DNA of 62,677 bases, counting the filler, from Chiloscyllium plagiosum (taxonomy: Eukaryota): assembly GCF_004010195.1 (NCBI RefSeq). It is 3 parts of one record of this genome, joined end to end, with 100 filler letters (N's around TTAATTAATTAA, not from the genome) between each part and the next. Parts side by side here need not be neighbours in the genome. Positions count along the whole stretch, not along the records: positions 1 to 17,166 come from NC_057714.1; 2 more parts are not named here. One strand, written 5' to 3'. The position numbers and the translations under genes were made by a program. A model generated the notes under the pieces. The model saw nothing but the letters and a program-made list of their open reading frames with translations. It did not search any database and was not told where the DNA came from. The number at the start of each line of letters is the position of its first letter. Position 1 is the stretch's first letter. Shown one piece after another: positions 1 to 12,109 of this stretch.

Positions 1-141
1 TCCCTCCTCCCTACCTTTTATCTTAGCCTGCTGGACACACTTTCCTCATTCCTGAAGAAGGGCTTATGCCCGAAACATCGATTCTCCTGTTCCTTGGATG
101 CTGCCTGACCTGTTGCGCTTTTTCAGCCACACATTTTCAGC
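1..141 (+). mobile_element. Penelope-like element 3' end/pLTR (family 1)
   Basis: attcctgaagaagggcttatgcccgaaac...ttggatgctgcctgacctg...cacattttcagc. The same terminus is attached to PLE RT/GIY-YIG coding sequence at 8934-9645 and 19279-19823. Confidence 0.85.
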
Positions 142-480
142 AAAGGCTTTGTTGAAGTCCATTTAAATGATATCCTCCTTCTCAAAAGTGAAGACGGGGG
201 GGAAGTACTTGTTTAACACCCTATCAGTGTCCTCTGGCCTCCATGTGCAGATTGCTTTCTTGGTCTGTTGTGGGCCATGCTCTTTCCCTGGTTATCCTCT
301 TCACCCTGATATACGTATAGAATATCTTGGGATTCTCTCTAATCTTACCTGCTAGTGTTTCTCTTGCTCCCACTTTGCTCTCCTAATTATGATCCCCCTT
401 GCACTTTGCTCACAAAGGCCTCTGTTGATTTGCTCCCCTTATGCCATTTTAAAAACTCTCTTTTCTATCTAATTTATGTT
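142..480 (-). mobile_element. Degraded CR1-type LINE fragment
   Basis: Reverse-strand similarity to the CR1 ORF2 segments seen elsewhere in the window (ggctttgttgaagtcca, gaagtacttgttta, ggattctctctaatct). Confidence 0.55.
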
Positions 481-3400
481 TCTAACTGTCCAAATATATT
501 TCTTTACATATTCACACACAACTACATGACAATGTAACTTGACCAAAGTATTCTGATATGTCTATTCATTGTATTATTTGCCAACATTTCTAACGTGCCT
601 CATTTGCAGAAGCCTTTGCCTTAACATGCCATCACATTTGTCTCCACACAGATTAACAAACTACTCCCCACTAGTCTCATTGCACAAACAGTTCTTTCTC
701 AATTTAGGACAAATAGACACGAGCTGCTCTTTTCTACCAGGTTGACACTCATGACTGAATATACCCAAGTTACAGGAGGAGAGCATGTTTACCAGGTATC
801 ACATAACACTGTTGATAGTTTTGTTGCGTTCCGAAAATGAGGAAGATCATTTACAGCTTCAGGTAAAATTTGATCAATATGTAAATAGAAGTCTGCCACC
901 TTGTGCCCATAGCATTTTATTACACATGAACATGCCACAAACTTGAAACTGAAAGTCTGGAAATTGATCTATGCCACTGGAAAAAAAGGCTTCATGCTGG
1001 CAACAGCTGAATGGTAGGGATTAGTGAAGGCAGTAGCAACAACTGCACATTTCCTCAAAAGAAACATTGCTATTGCCTAAAAATAAATGATCAAATCAAG
1101 CCATACAGTAATTAAAGTAACAGATTGGGTAGATACAGCGCCATAATTCAAAGTGCTATCCAGAATGGGAAGAGGCTGCAGGGAGCCTTCTTTCAAATTG
1201 CCAATTGCCAAATGTGTTTTTTCTCAGTTTGTGAATTTTTCGCTGCTACAAAGAGTCTTTATTCAATGCTGCTGTAGCACTGGAGTCAGCACAGGCAGTT
1301 TGGGAAACATAGGAAAATATTGCAAATAATATCATTGGCACACGACATGCTTTAAGTGTAAGAGCTGCACTAATCAGGTTCCCTTACCAAGTGCAGGGAC
1401 CAGTAATCAAATTAAAAAATGGCTTTAACACAGAAGAAGCCTCAGGGCTGATGAAACTATTACACTAACTAGGCAGTCACTTAAAGTGACAAAGTTTGGG
1501 GCAATGGAAAAATACTAAATAATGTATACATACAACCACATAAATAAATAATTAAGCTTCAGCAATGGGGAATGGAAGATTTACATTTACTAATATTCAT
1601 CCATGTATACTAGTATACATTTGGTTTCTGTGTATTTACAGAACTTTATATTACATTTCTTCTTGTGTTTATGCGACAGCTTTACAGATTTTTACATTTA
1701 AATTATTTTTCCTGAATGGTGAACCAGTATATAACATCAATAAATGTAATTCAGTCTGGACCACTCTATCCCAATGATCATTAATTGTGTAAATTTTGCA
1801 TAACATCATTGAATAACTACTGCAAGAATACATAGTACTACATAACATGAGCCTTATTACACCTTATAACGTGCATTTCTCCTGGTGTATATACTGTGTG
1901 AGAAATTTATAACAATGAAATTATACAATCAGTATCATAGTATTCCACGTTTTCATTTAATTAATATAAATGCAAAATTTATATTCCTGTAATGTATGAT
2001 ATCTATTCTTTATTCTTAAAATTTGTAAACCAGGAATTCAAAGATATTTCAATTCAAATCTTATAGAATTTGTAATAATATTCAACTTGTCCTCATACAG
2101 CACATTTCACTCAATACAATTGCAATAGACTTAATCCATAAACTTTAATTTCCATATCAGTTATACAAATTGAGAGCAAACACTTCAAACTAAAGATTAC
2201 TGAAAGTGTAAATAATTTTCTTTTCTCTTTACTCGATGTTCCAATCAGAGGTACCTCAATACATTTTCAATTATTTTTATTCATAACATGTATTCTTTAG
2301 AAGGTATTCAGCCAAAGGAGTTCGACAGTTTCCATCCCCTTGGTGTACTTTGGCTGAAAGTCCTTAGGTTGTGACTGTTCCCCATTGTGCCTCTGTGTCA
2401 CCTGCCTTAAGTTTTCATGTGTCCCTCAGAATGGATACCTGGATCCTGGAATGTGATAGCCTGCAAAACTTGGACGAGGGCAATTCTTGCACTGAAAGGC
2501 TAGCAAGTTTTTGGCTGGCTAAAGAATGTCTTTCGCTAACTTGATCATCCTTCTGACTCAGTAGATGTTTCTCTCGGTGTGTCTCCTTGGGAACAGCCTA
2601 TGGAGCACAGAGTCCTGTGTTACACAGCTGGCTGGGATTAACCTCAACAAAAAACATTTGCAACTTTTTCCAGAATTTCTTTGCAAAGGCACAAGTTGGT
2701 GACTCTCTGTCAGATCCTTCTTCCATGCCCAGATCACATCACCTCCACGCATTGCCCTCAAGGAGACTGTGGTCAGTATGAAATTGTTGTCCATGACTTC
2801 TGTTTTTGCAGAACAAGTATAGAGAAAGACGCATGGTCTTTCACCAAGAGTTGTCCTGATCAACTTCATATCATATGAGCCTCCATTCTATGTGATATTC
2901 CCAGAGGTGCACAGCAATACAAACATCAGCTGACCCTGAAGGACCATCTACTCGGTGAGAGATGTTCTTTGCTCGCTCCAAAAGTTGCTGGTCTTCCAGT
3001 TCAAGTCACAATTACAGAATAAGTATTGCAGAGCAGCATGTTCCAAGATACAGGACTACCTGCTGAGAGACAAACTAAAACCTGGGTCTGGAAAGTACAA
3101 ATTTTTGTAAGTTAATTGATGCTGTTCTGATGATCATTATGACTTCTGCCGGCAAGCATGTTGTTTCGATGTCTTTTTCCAGTTGCTTCCATTCGTTGGT
3201 AAGGTGGCTGGTTCCCTTATAAAAAGAAGTCGCTGACCTATCAGTTAAAAAGTCACAGCTTACAGCAACAATTGGAGGAAAGGTGAATTGGTTTTCCACA
3301 GGCTTGCAATGTGTTTTGACTGCAACAAGGGCAAAACTGCTCCTGAGTTGAGAAAGAACTGAATATTTCTCTCTTCCACCGCTTACCTACCCCCCCCCAC

Positions 3401-4084
3401 ACCTCACATCTCTCTCTCTTTCTGTAATTTGTTTCCGATTCAAGTTGGTCAGTTACCTTGACAGGCATTTATATCTGGTCAATAGTCCATAGACCAGTCA
3501 ACCTCTTGTTGTCGACAAGAGTTGCTTCTGATCACTCCCTTAGCTCCAAATCGTATGCAACTCAATCTTCAATTACAGCTTCTTTAACCAGTTGTCTGCA
3601 ATGGGTGTACGGTTATTTCTTTCAAAATGGTAGAGACCTTTTAATATTCCTCATTTCAGTCCACGGTTTTATATAAAATACAAAATATAAAGAAACACAG
3701 CCCTTACACTGTCCCTTTCTGATCCCCATGTGCTTCTTCTGTGTGCAAAGATTTCTGGAACGTTTGCTCCATAGTTCCTCCATTTTCCTCTCTTATTTCT
3801 TTAAGGATTGTCTGATCAACTGAAAATGTACCTCCAATCAGACAGTTTCTCTTATTAATCTTAATGAATAGTTTCTTATTTTTAAAGACTTGTATCAGTT
3901 CTGCCCTTTCCATTAATAACAAGAGGTCTAACCAGCTCAATCTTATTGAGATTATTGCATCATTTCAACTCTGGAAAGCACTTTGTAAATATTTTCTGCA
4001 CTGATTCTCTGATGCTTCAATATATTTTTTTAAAATTCTCACACATTTTTTCACATCGCTGTGGTAATGATTGTATATTGAACA

Positions 4085-4280
4085 CTCATAACTCCCACAA
4101 GCCTCAGTCAGGTAAATAACTGAATCATCTGTTTTGGAGGCATTGGTTGAGGGATAAATTTACGAGGACACCAGATGTGCTCCTCTTTGATAACATCAGG
4201 AGAACTTTTACACCAATCCTGAGAGACAGGTTGGGCCTTAGCTTAATGTCTCATCCACATAACAGACCCTTGGACAGTGA
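4085..4280 (-). mobile_element. Old Deu-domain (SacSINE1-like) SINE fragment
   Basis: ttggttgagggataaatt...ggacacc...cctgagagacag...ttaatgtctcatcc. Reverse-complement similarity to the copy at 10345-10630. Family name from recall. Confidence 0.5.
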
Positions 4281-4282
4281 TG

Positions 4283-4485
4283 TCAATTAGTTCACTTGGC
4301 TGGATGGCTGGTTTTTAATGTAGGTGACGCAACAGCAAGGGTTTAACTCCTATTCTGGCCGAGTTTACCATGAATTTCTTGACCTTACTCCTTACCAGAG
4401 TTGTGGTGAGCCTCATGTTAAATTCACCACTAGTTGCCTCTCTGTAATGAGAGAGCAGCCCCAGGGTCCTCTAGGTTATGCGGAT
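4283..4485 (+). mobile_element. Old tRNA-derived SINE
   Basis: A/B-box-like head (tagttcacttgg ... gggtttaactcc) and tail ctctctgtaatgagagagcagccc. Homologous to 20490-20700. Confidence 0.6.
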
Positions 4486-5189
4486 TAGTAGCTTCTGAAA
4501 AGTCAATATTGGCATGATCATGTTGGCTTTTCATAAGTTTCTTGTAACTGCTGGACAACCCCTTGGTGGGCTCTTTCTGTATTGGGAAACTTTTCTCTGC
4601 TTATGTCAAGTTTATGTTGATCTCCTTACACATCATTCTAAAGGTGAATTTTGCTACTAAATTATGCATCCCACCTGAAGCTTTTATGTCCATGATTCTG
4701 TGTTGGAACTGTGAGAATTCCTTCAGGCATGGTTGAAAGTCTCTTTCTAAGTCTATGACCTGAGACTTCTCAGATGCTGTGGTCACTTTTCTAGCCATAG
4801 GACGTTTTGAAGCCTTGCTTGTGTTCATTTGTGACTGAATTGCTATAAACCCTTCTTTGGCCATTTTAAGATTGCAGGTATTTACTTTTTGCATTTCTCT
4901 TAAAATGTTGTACCTTTACCTTCAAATGCTTTGACAGAAGTTTTGCCAAGGTCCCACTCAGAAGACACAGCAGAGATTTCACAAGCAATGCTGCTTGAAT
5001 CCAAGATTAGAAGATGGTTCAGGGTCACTGGTTACACTAAATCAATAATGAGTGATTGGTTAATTCACTGCCTCGTATGGAAGAGAATATTAATAATACC
5101 GTCTGAGCCCCAGTGCTGAATAGAGACCATTGGAGAATCTTTTGGCATCAGCTGTGGAGCTACTTCTGAAACAGGAGCTATATTTGCCT

Positions 5190-5480
5190 GACATCAAATT
5201 TAAAATTAGTTTTCTTGCTATTAACCATAATATCTGCAACCCAGAATTGAGTCTGTGTAATCAGGGGAGCTGATAGCTCCTATTTTATTCCCCCAAGAGG
5301 AATTGATTCTGCTTCTCAACATCCTCTCAATCCGACACATTGACAGAGCACTGTTGTATGTTTGTAATTTTCTGAACTGTTAATCCAGCTCTGAAATGGT
5401 CTTTTGCTTTGTGCCTACTATCCCCCGCAATACTGTGTGGGCCGAATGCACACTGTTGAGGTCCTTTCATGCACCTTGTT
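5190..5480 (-). mobile_element. Degenerate Ty3/Gypsy gag zinc-knuckle/aspartic protease-like relic
   Basis: PQQCAFGPHS...KDHFRA...VNVSD*EDVEKQNQFLLGE is followed, after a frameshift, by FWVADIMVNSKKTNFKFDV. This resembles the Gypsy gag-pro junction pattern C..CG..H...GHF...FLG.....W...I.VNG....FKLDTGA. Confidence 0.55.
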
Positions 5481-6381
5481 TCTTTCACACCTTCTGCTGG
5501 TGGATTTTCTGAATGCTCTTTCTTTGCCAATTTCTCCGAAGGTGTCTGATCTTCAGGAATTTATTGTGCACTGTGGCAGGCTGAGTGTTTGCAACTAGCC
5601 ATGTTTCTTGCTGTTCTCACACTTGTCAGTATTGGGTGAAATTTCTCACACTGTGCTGTCATGTCTAGGTGAGCCTTGAATTCTTTCTCCCACCTGTCCC
5701 TGGCCTGCTGTTCAGGATTTCCCCCACGTCAGTGGTCAGAACATGAGCTGGTCTTGTCCTTCAGATTAACACAGCACTGCTACTAGTCTTCACTTCAGGA
5801 ACTCCTTGCCACTTGCCTTCAGTCTGTTGAGGTGCTCACCATTGTCACTATGTAGTAAGGTCATGTGTGCACTCAGGGGAATGAGGATGAACATGCTTTG
5901 TTGAACTCAAGTACTGATAAGCAATGGTAAGAGAAGACACCTCTAAAACTCTACAGGCTTGGGTCCTGGTTCAATGTGATCTGATGGCCTATTGTATAGT
6001 TCTGTACGCACACACTCGGTAGCTTTTCTTAAAGTAAAGCTACCATTAACCCCACTGCAACCATTGTCCTTTTTGGAAAAAAAGAGAAATCCCTTGAATT
6101 TTTGCTGGGATTGTAAGTTTTAATATCATCTGTGCTTATTTAAATAGGCTGGTAGTTGTGTTAAAAGTAGCAGTGACTGGAATTTAATACAAGGACACTA
6201 ATCGATGTGATAAAATAACATACAAAAGAAATTAAACTCCATGATGGTGACATTAGTCTACAAACCAAAATTGGCACTGACTTGAACTTTGTTCAGGAAA
6301 TCTTTCATGCAGACTGAATTAACAATGCAGATTGCACTGTGCCGTATTATTAGCAACCTGTTGTTACTAGAGATGACTTAC

Positions 6382-7083
6382 GGGGAATCAACCATATTTT
6401 GAAATTTATTTCTTCCTCACATTTACTACAAAATTGCAAAAAATCAGAGAAGACTGTACAATATTCTGAGACACATGACAAGTAAAATGCAGCTGAGTTC
6501 TCTGAATGTTTTGGGTGGCTCATTGAGATTGAAATTAATGTGCAAGAACCAGTAAAGGACTGCTGTAGTGTATTTTTCATGGATCTCTTCTTTAACAGTC
6601 ATACATTGCTCTTGAACAGCAGCACTATTTCATTGAGAGGCCTTTTCTATATAACTGATGCTAAGTTGTACTTTCCCTTAATGAACTAGAATGATCAATT
6701 ACGTCCTTTCTAATAAATGATTGCATATTACAATATTAAATGTCGAGAATTCAAAAGTCATCTGTCAACTTCTCCAGGGGACAATCCAATATTTAAATAT
6801 CCACACTGTTGTAACCATTAGAAGGAAAGCTGTTAAGACTTTCAATGATAATTTCGAAGTTACATCTTGCATTTGATATCACAGTTAGACCCAAAACCTT
6901 CTTTGAGTTGTTCCATTTCTGGCATTTATGATGAGAATTTGTTTCTGCTGTTCTTCCAGTGAAGTTACGCTTGTACTCTGAGAGAGTGTCAAGAAAGTTT
7001 CATGTAATCCAGACTTGCAGGATGGTGGCTGTTATCTTCCCACTCCCCACCCTCCAAAATCATTAATTAAATCAAAATACTTT
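6382..7083 (-). pseudogene. Decayed exon, possibly encoding a class I SAM-dependent methyltransferase-like domain
   Basis: Strong acceptor ttttgttttttcccag| and donor CCC|gtaagt. Stitched frames give KQILIINARNGTT ... LGLTVISN ... ILDCPLEKLTDDF/EFSTFNIVICNHLLE ... AVLYWFLHINFNLNEPPKTFREL. The domain assignment is inference. Confidence 0.5.
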
Positions 7084-7914
7084 CTGGGAAAAAACAAAAT
7101 CATTACTTCATTCACAGTATTTGAAATTTCCATCCTGGTTCTCGAGCAAAAAGTGTGCAGTGTTTAACATTCCACAATACAAAGTACAGATTTATACATT
7201 GAATTGTTCCTTTGGCTTTTGTGTTAAGTATTTTCATTTAAATCGTTACTTGAAATCATTGCCTTTTCCAATGGCTTGGTTTGAAATTCATCTTGCTATC
7301 TAGAGATGTTATTCTGCTGGCTAAATGTTGATAGGACAGTTCATGCTTGTGCACAGTATCAAATTTCACAAGATAGGTCAAAACCAACAATAGAGTAACA
7401 CAGTCAGCTGACCCCTTGAAATATTTTTCTATTGTATCTAGCAGTTTTCCTTAGCTGTTTTACAAATTCATTTCAACAAAAGCAGAAAGGAGAAATATCA
7501 AAAATTGTGCACGTGTACACATGTGAGAAAGTTATGAAGAAAAAATAAATATACACTGTGGTATTTGTGCTGTGCAATGTTCAGCAGGGATATTAAGCTG
7601 AAAGAGAAAAACAGTATGACTGCATTCCCCCTTGTGATAATATACATTTACTTTTTCAAAACAAACAATGCAAGATAAATTTTGAAGCCAACATGAAGTT
7701 GTTAATCATTCTGGCTGTTTTTGTGGATCATTTGAGAATGTAAACACTAACTGCCAATATCTGAGAGATAGAGGTTATCTTGTAAACATCTGTGAGACAG
7801 AGAAACAAAGATGATATTGATGGCTTGGGAAAGAGCACAGTTTGGTAGCATAAAAAAGATATAGTCAGCAATGTTATTTGTCATTCAGTAATGATATGCC
7901 TCATCATTCAGTAA

Positions 7915-8932
7915 TTTTGTTTTCTTCATTCATGGGACAGGGAACGTCATTGACTGGCCAACATTATTGCTCATCTCTAGTTGCCTTGAGAAGGTGGTGG
8001 TGAGCTGCAGACCACGTGCGGTCAGGAAACCCACCATGTTCTAAGTTAGGAAATTCCAGGATTTTGACATAGTGATAGTGAAGGAATGTGATATACTTCC
8101 AAGTCAGAATGGTGAGTGGTTTAGAAAGGATCTTGCAGATATTGGCATTCCATTGCAACTGCTATCCTTGTCCTTCTTGATGGAAAGGGTCATGGCTTTG
8201 TAAAGATGCCGTCTAAGTTTCTTGATGAATTTCTGCAGTGCATCTTGTAGGTCATACATACTGCTGCGATTGAGCATTGGCGGTGCAGAGAGTGGATGTT
8301 TGTGGATGTGGTGCCAATCAAGTGGGCTGCTTTGTCCTGGATGGTGTCAAGCTTCTTGAATGTTGTTGGAACTGCACACATCCAGATAAGTGAGGAATAT
8401 TCCCTCACACTCTTGACTTATGCTTGTAGATGGTAAACAGGACTATGAGGTGAGTTACTCGCTGTAGTATTCCTAGCCCCGACCTGCTCTTGTAGCCACT
8501 GAACTTATATGACAAGTACAGTTGAGTTTTGGATCAATGATAACCCTCAGGATGTTGGTAGTGGGGATAGCAACACCGTTGAATGGTAATTGTAACACTA
8601 CTGAATGTCAAGGAGCAGCAATTACATTGTCGCTTATTGGTGATGGTCATTGCCTGGCATTTATGTGGCGCAAATGTTATTTGCCACTTATCAGTCCAAG
8701 CCTGGATATTGTCCAGATCTTGTTGCATATGAACATGGACTGCTTCAGCATCTGAGGAGTTGGATATGGTGTTGAACATTGCGCAATCATTGGTGAGCAT
8801 CCCCATTTCTGACCTTATGATGGAGGAAAGATCATTGATGAAGCAGCTGAAGATGGTTGGGCCTAGGACACTGCCCTGAAGAACTGGACCTGAGATGCCT
8901 GACCTCCAACAACTCTGATCATCTTCCTATGT
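7915..8932 (-). mobile_element. Non-LTR retrotransposon (CR1/L2-group) RT 3' portion and 3' UTR
   Basis: ORF 8534-8806 (...MQQDLDNIQAWTDKWQITFAPHKCQAM) and ORF 8190-8408 (KLDTIQDKAAHLIG). Same family at 17500-18185 and 39200-40380. Confidence 0.85.
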
Positions 8933-8933
8933 T

Positions 8934-9640
8934 GAGAGTGTGGTACTGGAAAAGCACAGCAGGTCAGACAGCATCCAAGGAGCAGGAGAATCAGCATTTT
9001 GGGCATAAGCCCTTCATCAGGACTGAGGCTTGTGAGCTGGGAGACTGAGAGATAAATGCAAGGGGGTGGGGCTGGAGGAAAGCTAGCTGAGAATGTGATA
9101 GGTAGATGATGGTGGGGGAGGAGGTGATAAGTCAGCGAGGATGGTGGAGCGGATAGATGGGAAGGAAGATGGACAGGTCAAAAGGGCAGTGCTGAGTTGG
9201 AGGCTTGGGACTGGGATAAGATGGGGGGAGGGGAACTGAAGAAACTGGTGAAATCCACATTAATACATGTGGTTACAGGGTCCCAAGGCAGAAGATGAGG
9301 CATTCCTCCTCCAGGTATAGGATGGTTTGGGTTTGTTGATGGACGAGGCCCAGGACCAGCATGTCCTTGGCGTGGGAGGGGGAGTTAAAATGTTCAGCCA
9401 CAGGACGGTGCAGTTGGTTGGTGTGGGTGTCCCAGAGATGTTCTCTGAAACAGTCCGCAAGTTGGCTTCCAGTCTCCCCGATGTAGAAGGGACCACATCG
9501 GGTGCAATGGATACAGTAGGTGACATTGGTGGAAGTACAGGTAAATTTCTGTTGGATGTGGAAGGATCCTTTGGGGCCTTGGAGAGAGGTGAGGGGGGAG
9601 GTGTGGGCGCAGGTTTTGCAATTCCTCCACTTCCCGCACA
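8934..9640 (-). mobile_element. Penelope-like element (family 1), GIY-YIG endonuclease region plus pLTR
   Basis: ORF 9273-9704 reads FTCTSTNVTYCIHCTRCGPFYIGETG...FREHL...PVAEHFNSPSH, with a pLTR at 8934-9025. Confidence 0.92.
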
Positions 9641-9644
9641 GTTG

Positions 9645-10105
9645 TTTACATAAATGTCCATCCTTACATCGGTGCAAAAGACAAGGTTGAAGCATTTGCA
9701 GCATCTCCAGCCAAAAATGCCAAGTGGATGATCCATCTCAGCTTCCACCAGTAGTCCCCAACTACACAGATAACAGTCTTCAGCCAAGTTGATTCACTCC
9801 ACATGATATCAAGAAAAAGTTGGAAACACTGGTGACTGCAAAGGCTATGGGCCCTGGCAACATTCCAGCAATAGTACTGAAGACTTGTGCTCCAGAACTT
9901 GCTGCTCGGCCAGTACAGTTACAACACTGGTATTTACCCGGAAATGTGGAGATTTGCCAAGGTAGGTCCTGTACATAAAAAGCAGGACAAATCCAACCTG
10001 ACCAATTGGCACTGCATCAATCTATTCTCAATCCTCAATAAAATGATGGAATGTGTATTCAACAGTGCTATCAAGCATCACATGTTCAGCAATAACCTGC
10101 ACAAA
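9645..10105 (+). mobile_element. Non-LTR retrotransposon RT N-terminal fragment (probably the same family as 7915-8932, opposite orientation)
   Basis: ORF 9887-10123 reads YNTGIYPEMWRFAKVGPVHKKQDKSNLTNWHCINLFSILNKMME. Confidence 0.8.
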
Positions 10106-10155
10106 TTCCACTATCTTCCATAGTGGGATTTGAAACCAGGGCTCCAGAACATTCG

Positions 10156-10250
10156 CTGAGTTTCTGGATTAATAGTCGAGCAACAATATCACTAGGCTGT
10201 CACTGAGTTTCTGGATTAATAGTCGAGCAACAATATCACTAGACTGTCAC
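10156..10250 (+). repeat. 47-bp tandem duplication
   Basis: ctgagtttctggattaatagtcgagcaacaatatcactag[g/a]ctgtca occurs twice. Confidence 0.9.
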
Positions 10251-10344
10251 ACTCTCCCTGTTTTATGGAAGGCCAAATGTTTGTTTGGTAATATATTACC
10301 TCAGATACATCAATGGCATCCTTTACAATATAACCAGAAAGAGC

Positions 10345-11020
10345 AAGTTTAGTGGCAGCTGGGTTCAATTGGTAGCACTCTTCCCTCAGAATTACAAGAT
10401 TTTAGGTTCAAGTCTGACTCAGGTACAAAAATCAAGGCTGACACTTCAGCACAGTATGAAGGACTACTCCATTTTCGATGCCTATCTTCCTATTTGGGTC
10501 AACGTAAAAGATGGTACATTTCCAAAAAAAGGGGCTTCGCTGTGCTGTCCTAGCCAATATTTAGTCTTTCGTTAACATCACAAAAATGGATAATCTGGTC
10601 ATTGTCACATTGGTAGGAGATGGCTGTGCCCATATTCATGTGGGCGGCACGGTGGCACAGTGGTTAGCACTGCTGCCTCACAGCGCCAGAGACCCGGGTT
10701 TAATTCCCGACTCAGGCGACTGACTGTGTGGAGTTTCATATTCTCCCCGTGTCTGCGTGGGTTTCCTCCGGGTGCTCTGGTTTCCTCCCACAGTTACAAA
10801 GATGTGCGGGTCAGGTGAATTGGCCATGCTAAATTGCCCGTAGTGTTAGGTTAAAGGGGTAAATGTAGGGGTATGGGTGGGTTGCGCTTCGGTGGGTCGG
10901 TGTGGACTTGTTGGGCCGAAGGGCCTGTTTCCACACTGTAAGTAATCTAATCTAATCTAATATACTATAGCAGTGATTACATTTTAAAAGTACTTCTCTG
11001 ACCTAAGGTGTTTTGAGATA
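10345..11020 (+). mobile_element. Old Deu-domain (SacSINE1-like) SINE interrupted by an HE1 SINE
   Basis: tRNA-like head (ggttcaattggtagcactc...ggttcaagtc) and body gtcctagccaatattta...ctggtcattgtcacat. The tail resumes after 10960. Confidence 0.55.
10642..10960 (+). mobile_element. HE1 SINE (V-SINE), full length
   Basis: A box tggcacagtgg, B box gggtttaattcc, V-domain ctgtgtggagttt...ttctccccgtgtctgcgtggg, and a CR1-like tail gggcctgtttccacactgt with (aatct)n. Confidence 0.92.
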
Positions 11021-11259
11021 CCTGTCACTACCTTCTAAAAACATTCAAAACATCTCTGGGCTTTATTCTTCCATATAACTGAAGGTACCAAAGCATACAA
11101 AATAAATTTGTACTGAGGCAAATATCTTTTTAAACATCTTCATTTTCATTTATTAGAAAGGTCCCTTGACTGCAATTTGTTTCACTCTTATACATTAATG
11201 TGGTCTGGTGCAGTATGCTACATTCACAATCAGGAGAAAGTGAGGAAGGCAGGTAATGG

Positions 11260-11352
11260 AGAGAAGGGCTTATGCTCAAAACGTCAACTCTCTTGCTCCT
11301 CGGATGCTGCCTGACCGGCTCTGCACTTCCAGCACCACACTTTTTGACTCTA
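11260..11352 (+). mobile_element. Solo PLE pLTR fragment (family 1)
   Basis: agaagggcttatgctcaaaacgtc...ggatgctgcctgacc...ccagcaccacactttttgactc. Confidence 0.8.
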
Positions 11353-11621
11353 CATTCACAATCTAACTTACGTGGCACAACACAAAGTGAAGGGTGAAAA
11401 ACTGTAAATTGAGGGGGAAGGAACTATTACTCCTGCTCACCCCACCATTTTTCATTAAAGTGTTTATTCAGGAGTGAGCACCAATCAGGATGTCACAGGC
11501 TTACAGGATCTGATATTCCACCCATTGAAGTCAATGGGGGCAGAAAATCAGGCTCCTGTCATAAGAGTATTGTTGAATGGAGTCGCTTTATCCACTTGCA
11601 TTCCATTAGTGAAGTCCTTAC

Positions 11622-12109
11622 TGTTGGGAAACTAGCTTTTCTAAATAAATGAAGGACGCTCCTTTATTGATGATTTATGTAGTTAAAAAATTTCATGAAC
11701 TCATTTGCCCTGGTAAACAACTCTAATCATCAGTGTGCAATGCATACTGTCCAATGTGTTATATGCTATTTATAGCAGAGATAAATGTTCAGGGCAGCTT
11801 TAAATTTTCCCAAAATGGGAAGCCATGGCTGTTGAGAAGAGGCTTGGTGAGTTCCCACTTTTGCAGAAGGCTACATTCTCTGACTACTTTCTTGTTGAAG
11901 GTGAAGTGATGAAGACAAAGACACATCCAGGAAATTGTGCACCCAATTTCTTGAGTTGGTTCAAGTCTGTCGTGCTCTCCTCTGATGCTGATGTACTTGT
12001 TTCTGTTCCTAGCCTAATTACTGTCCATCCTCTATCTCTGAGGCCAAGGCAAATTTCTAAACAAGGCAAATATTCAAAAGGTGCTGTTGTGTATCTCAGA
12101 AAATACACC
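11622..12109 (-). pseudogene. Decayed exon of the nested pseudogene
   Basis: Acceptor tcccttttcag| and donor ACA|gtaagg. The frame VYFLRYTTAPFEYLPCLEICLGLRDRGWTVIRLG...FPGCVFVFIT shifts to VVRECSLLQKWELTKPLLNSHGFPFWENLKLP*. Confidence 0.55.

Larger units (their letters stand above)
2250..6068 (-). pseudogene. Large decayed, probably terminal exon containing 'block B' (homologous to block A), interrupted by SINEs
   Basis: Acceptor-like ttctctttttttccaaaaag|. Several minus-strand ORF fragments (5327-5530, 4601-4894, 3704-3940). Motifs LLILDSSSIACEISAVSSEW, ASKRPMARKV, MFFVEVNPSQLC and SVQELPLVQVLQAITFQDPG. AATAAA on the minus strand near 2275, followed by AT-rich sequence. Confidence 0.5.

Noticed and set aside
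2558..2869. ORF with GDVIWAWKKDLTESHQLVPL resembling DIRS reverse transcriptase, and IQFFLNSGAV near 3340 resembling a protease or DIRS motif
   Set aside because: The spacing is wrong and no LPFG or YxDD motif follows. Another frame of the same DNA matches block A, which explains it better.
10156..10250. Direct repeats considered as CRISPR-like
   Set aside because: Two adjacent copies with no spacer in eukaryotic DNA, so a simple tandem duplication.
10642..10720. tRNA-like sequence with A and B boxes
   Set aside because: It is a SINE head, not a tRNA gene.
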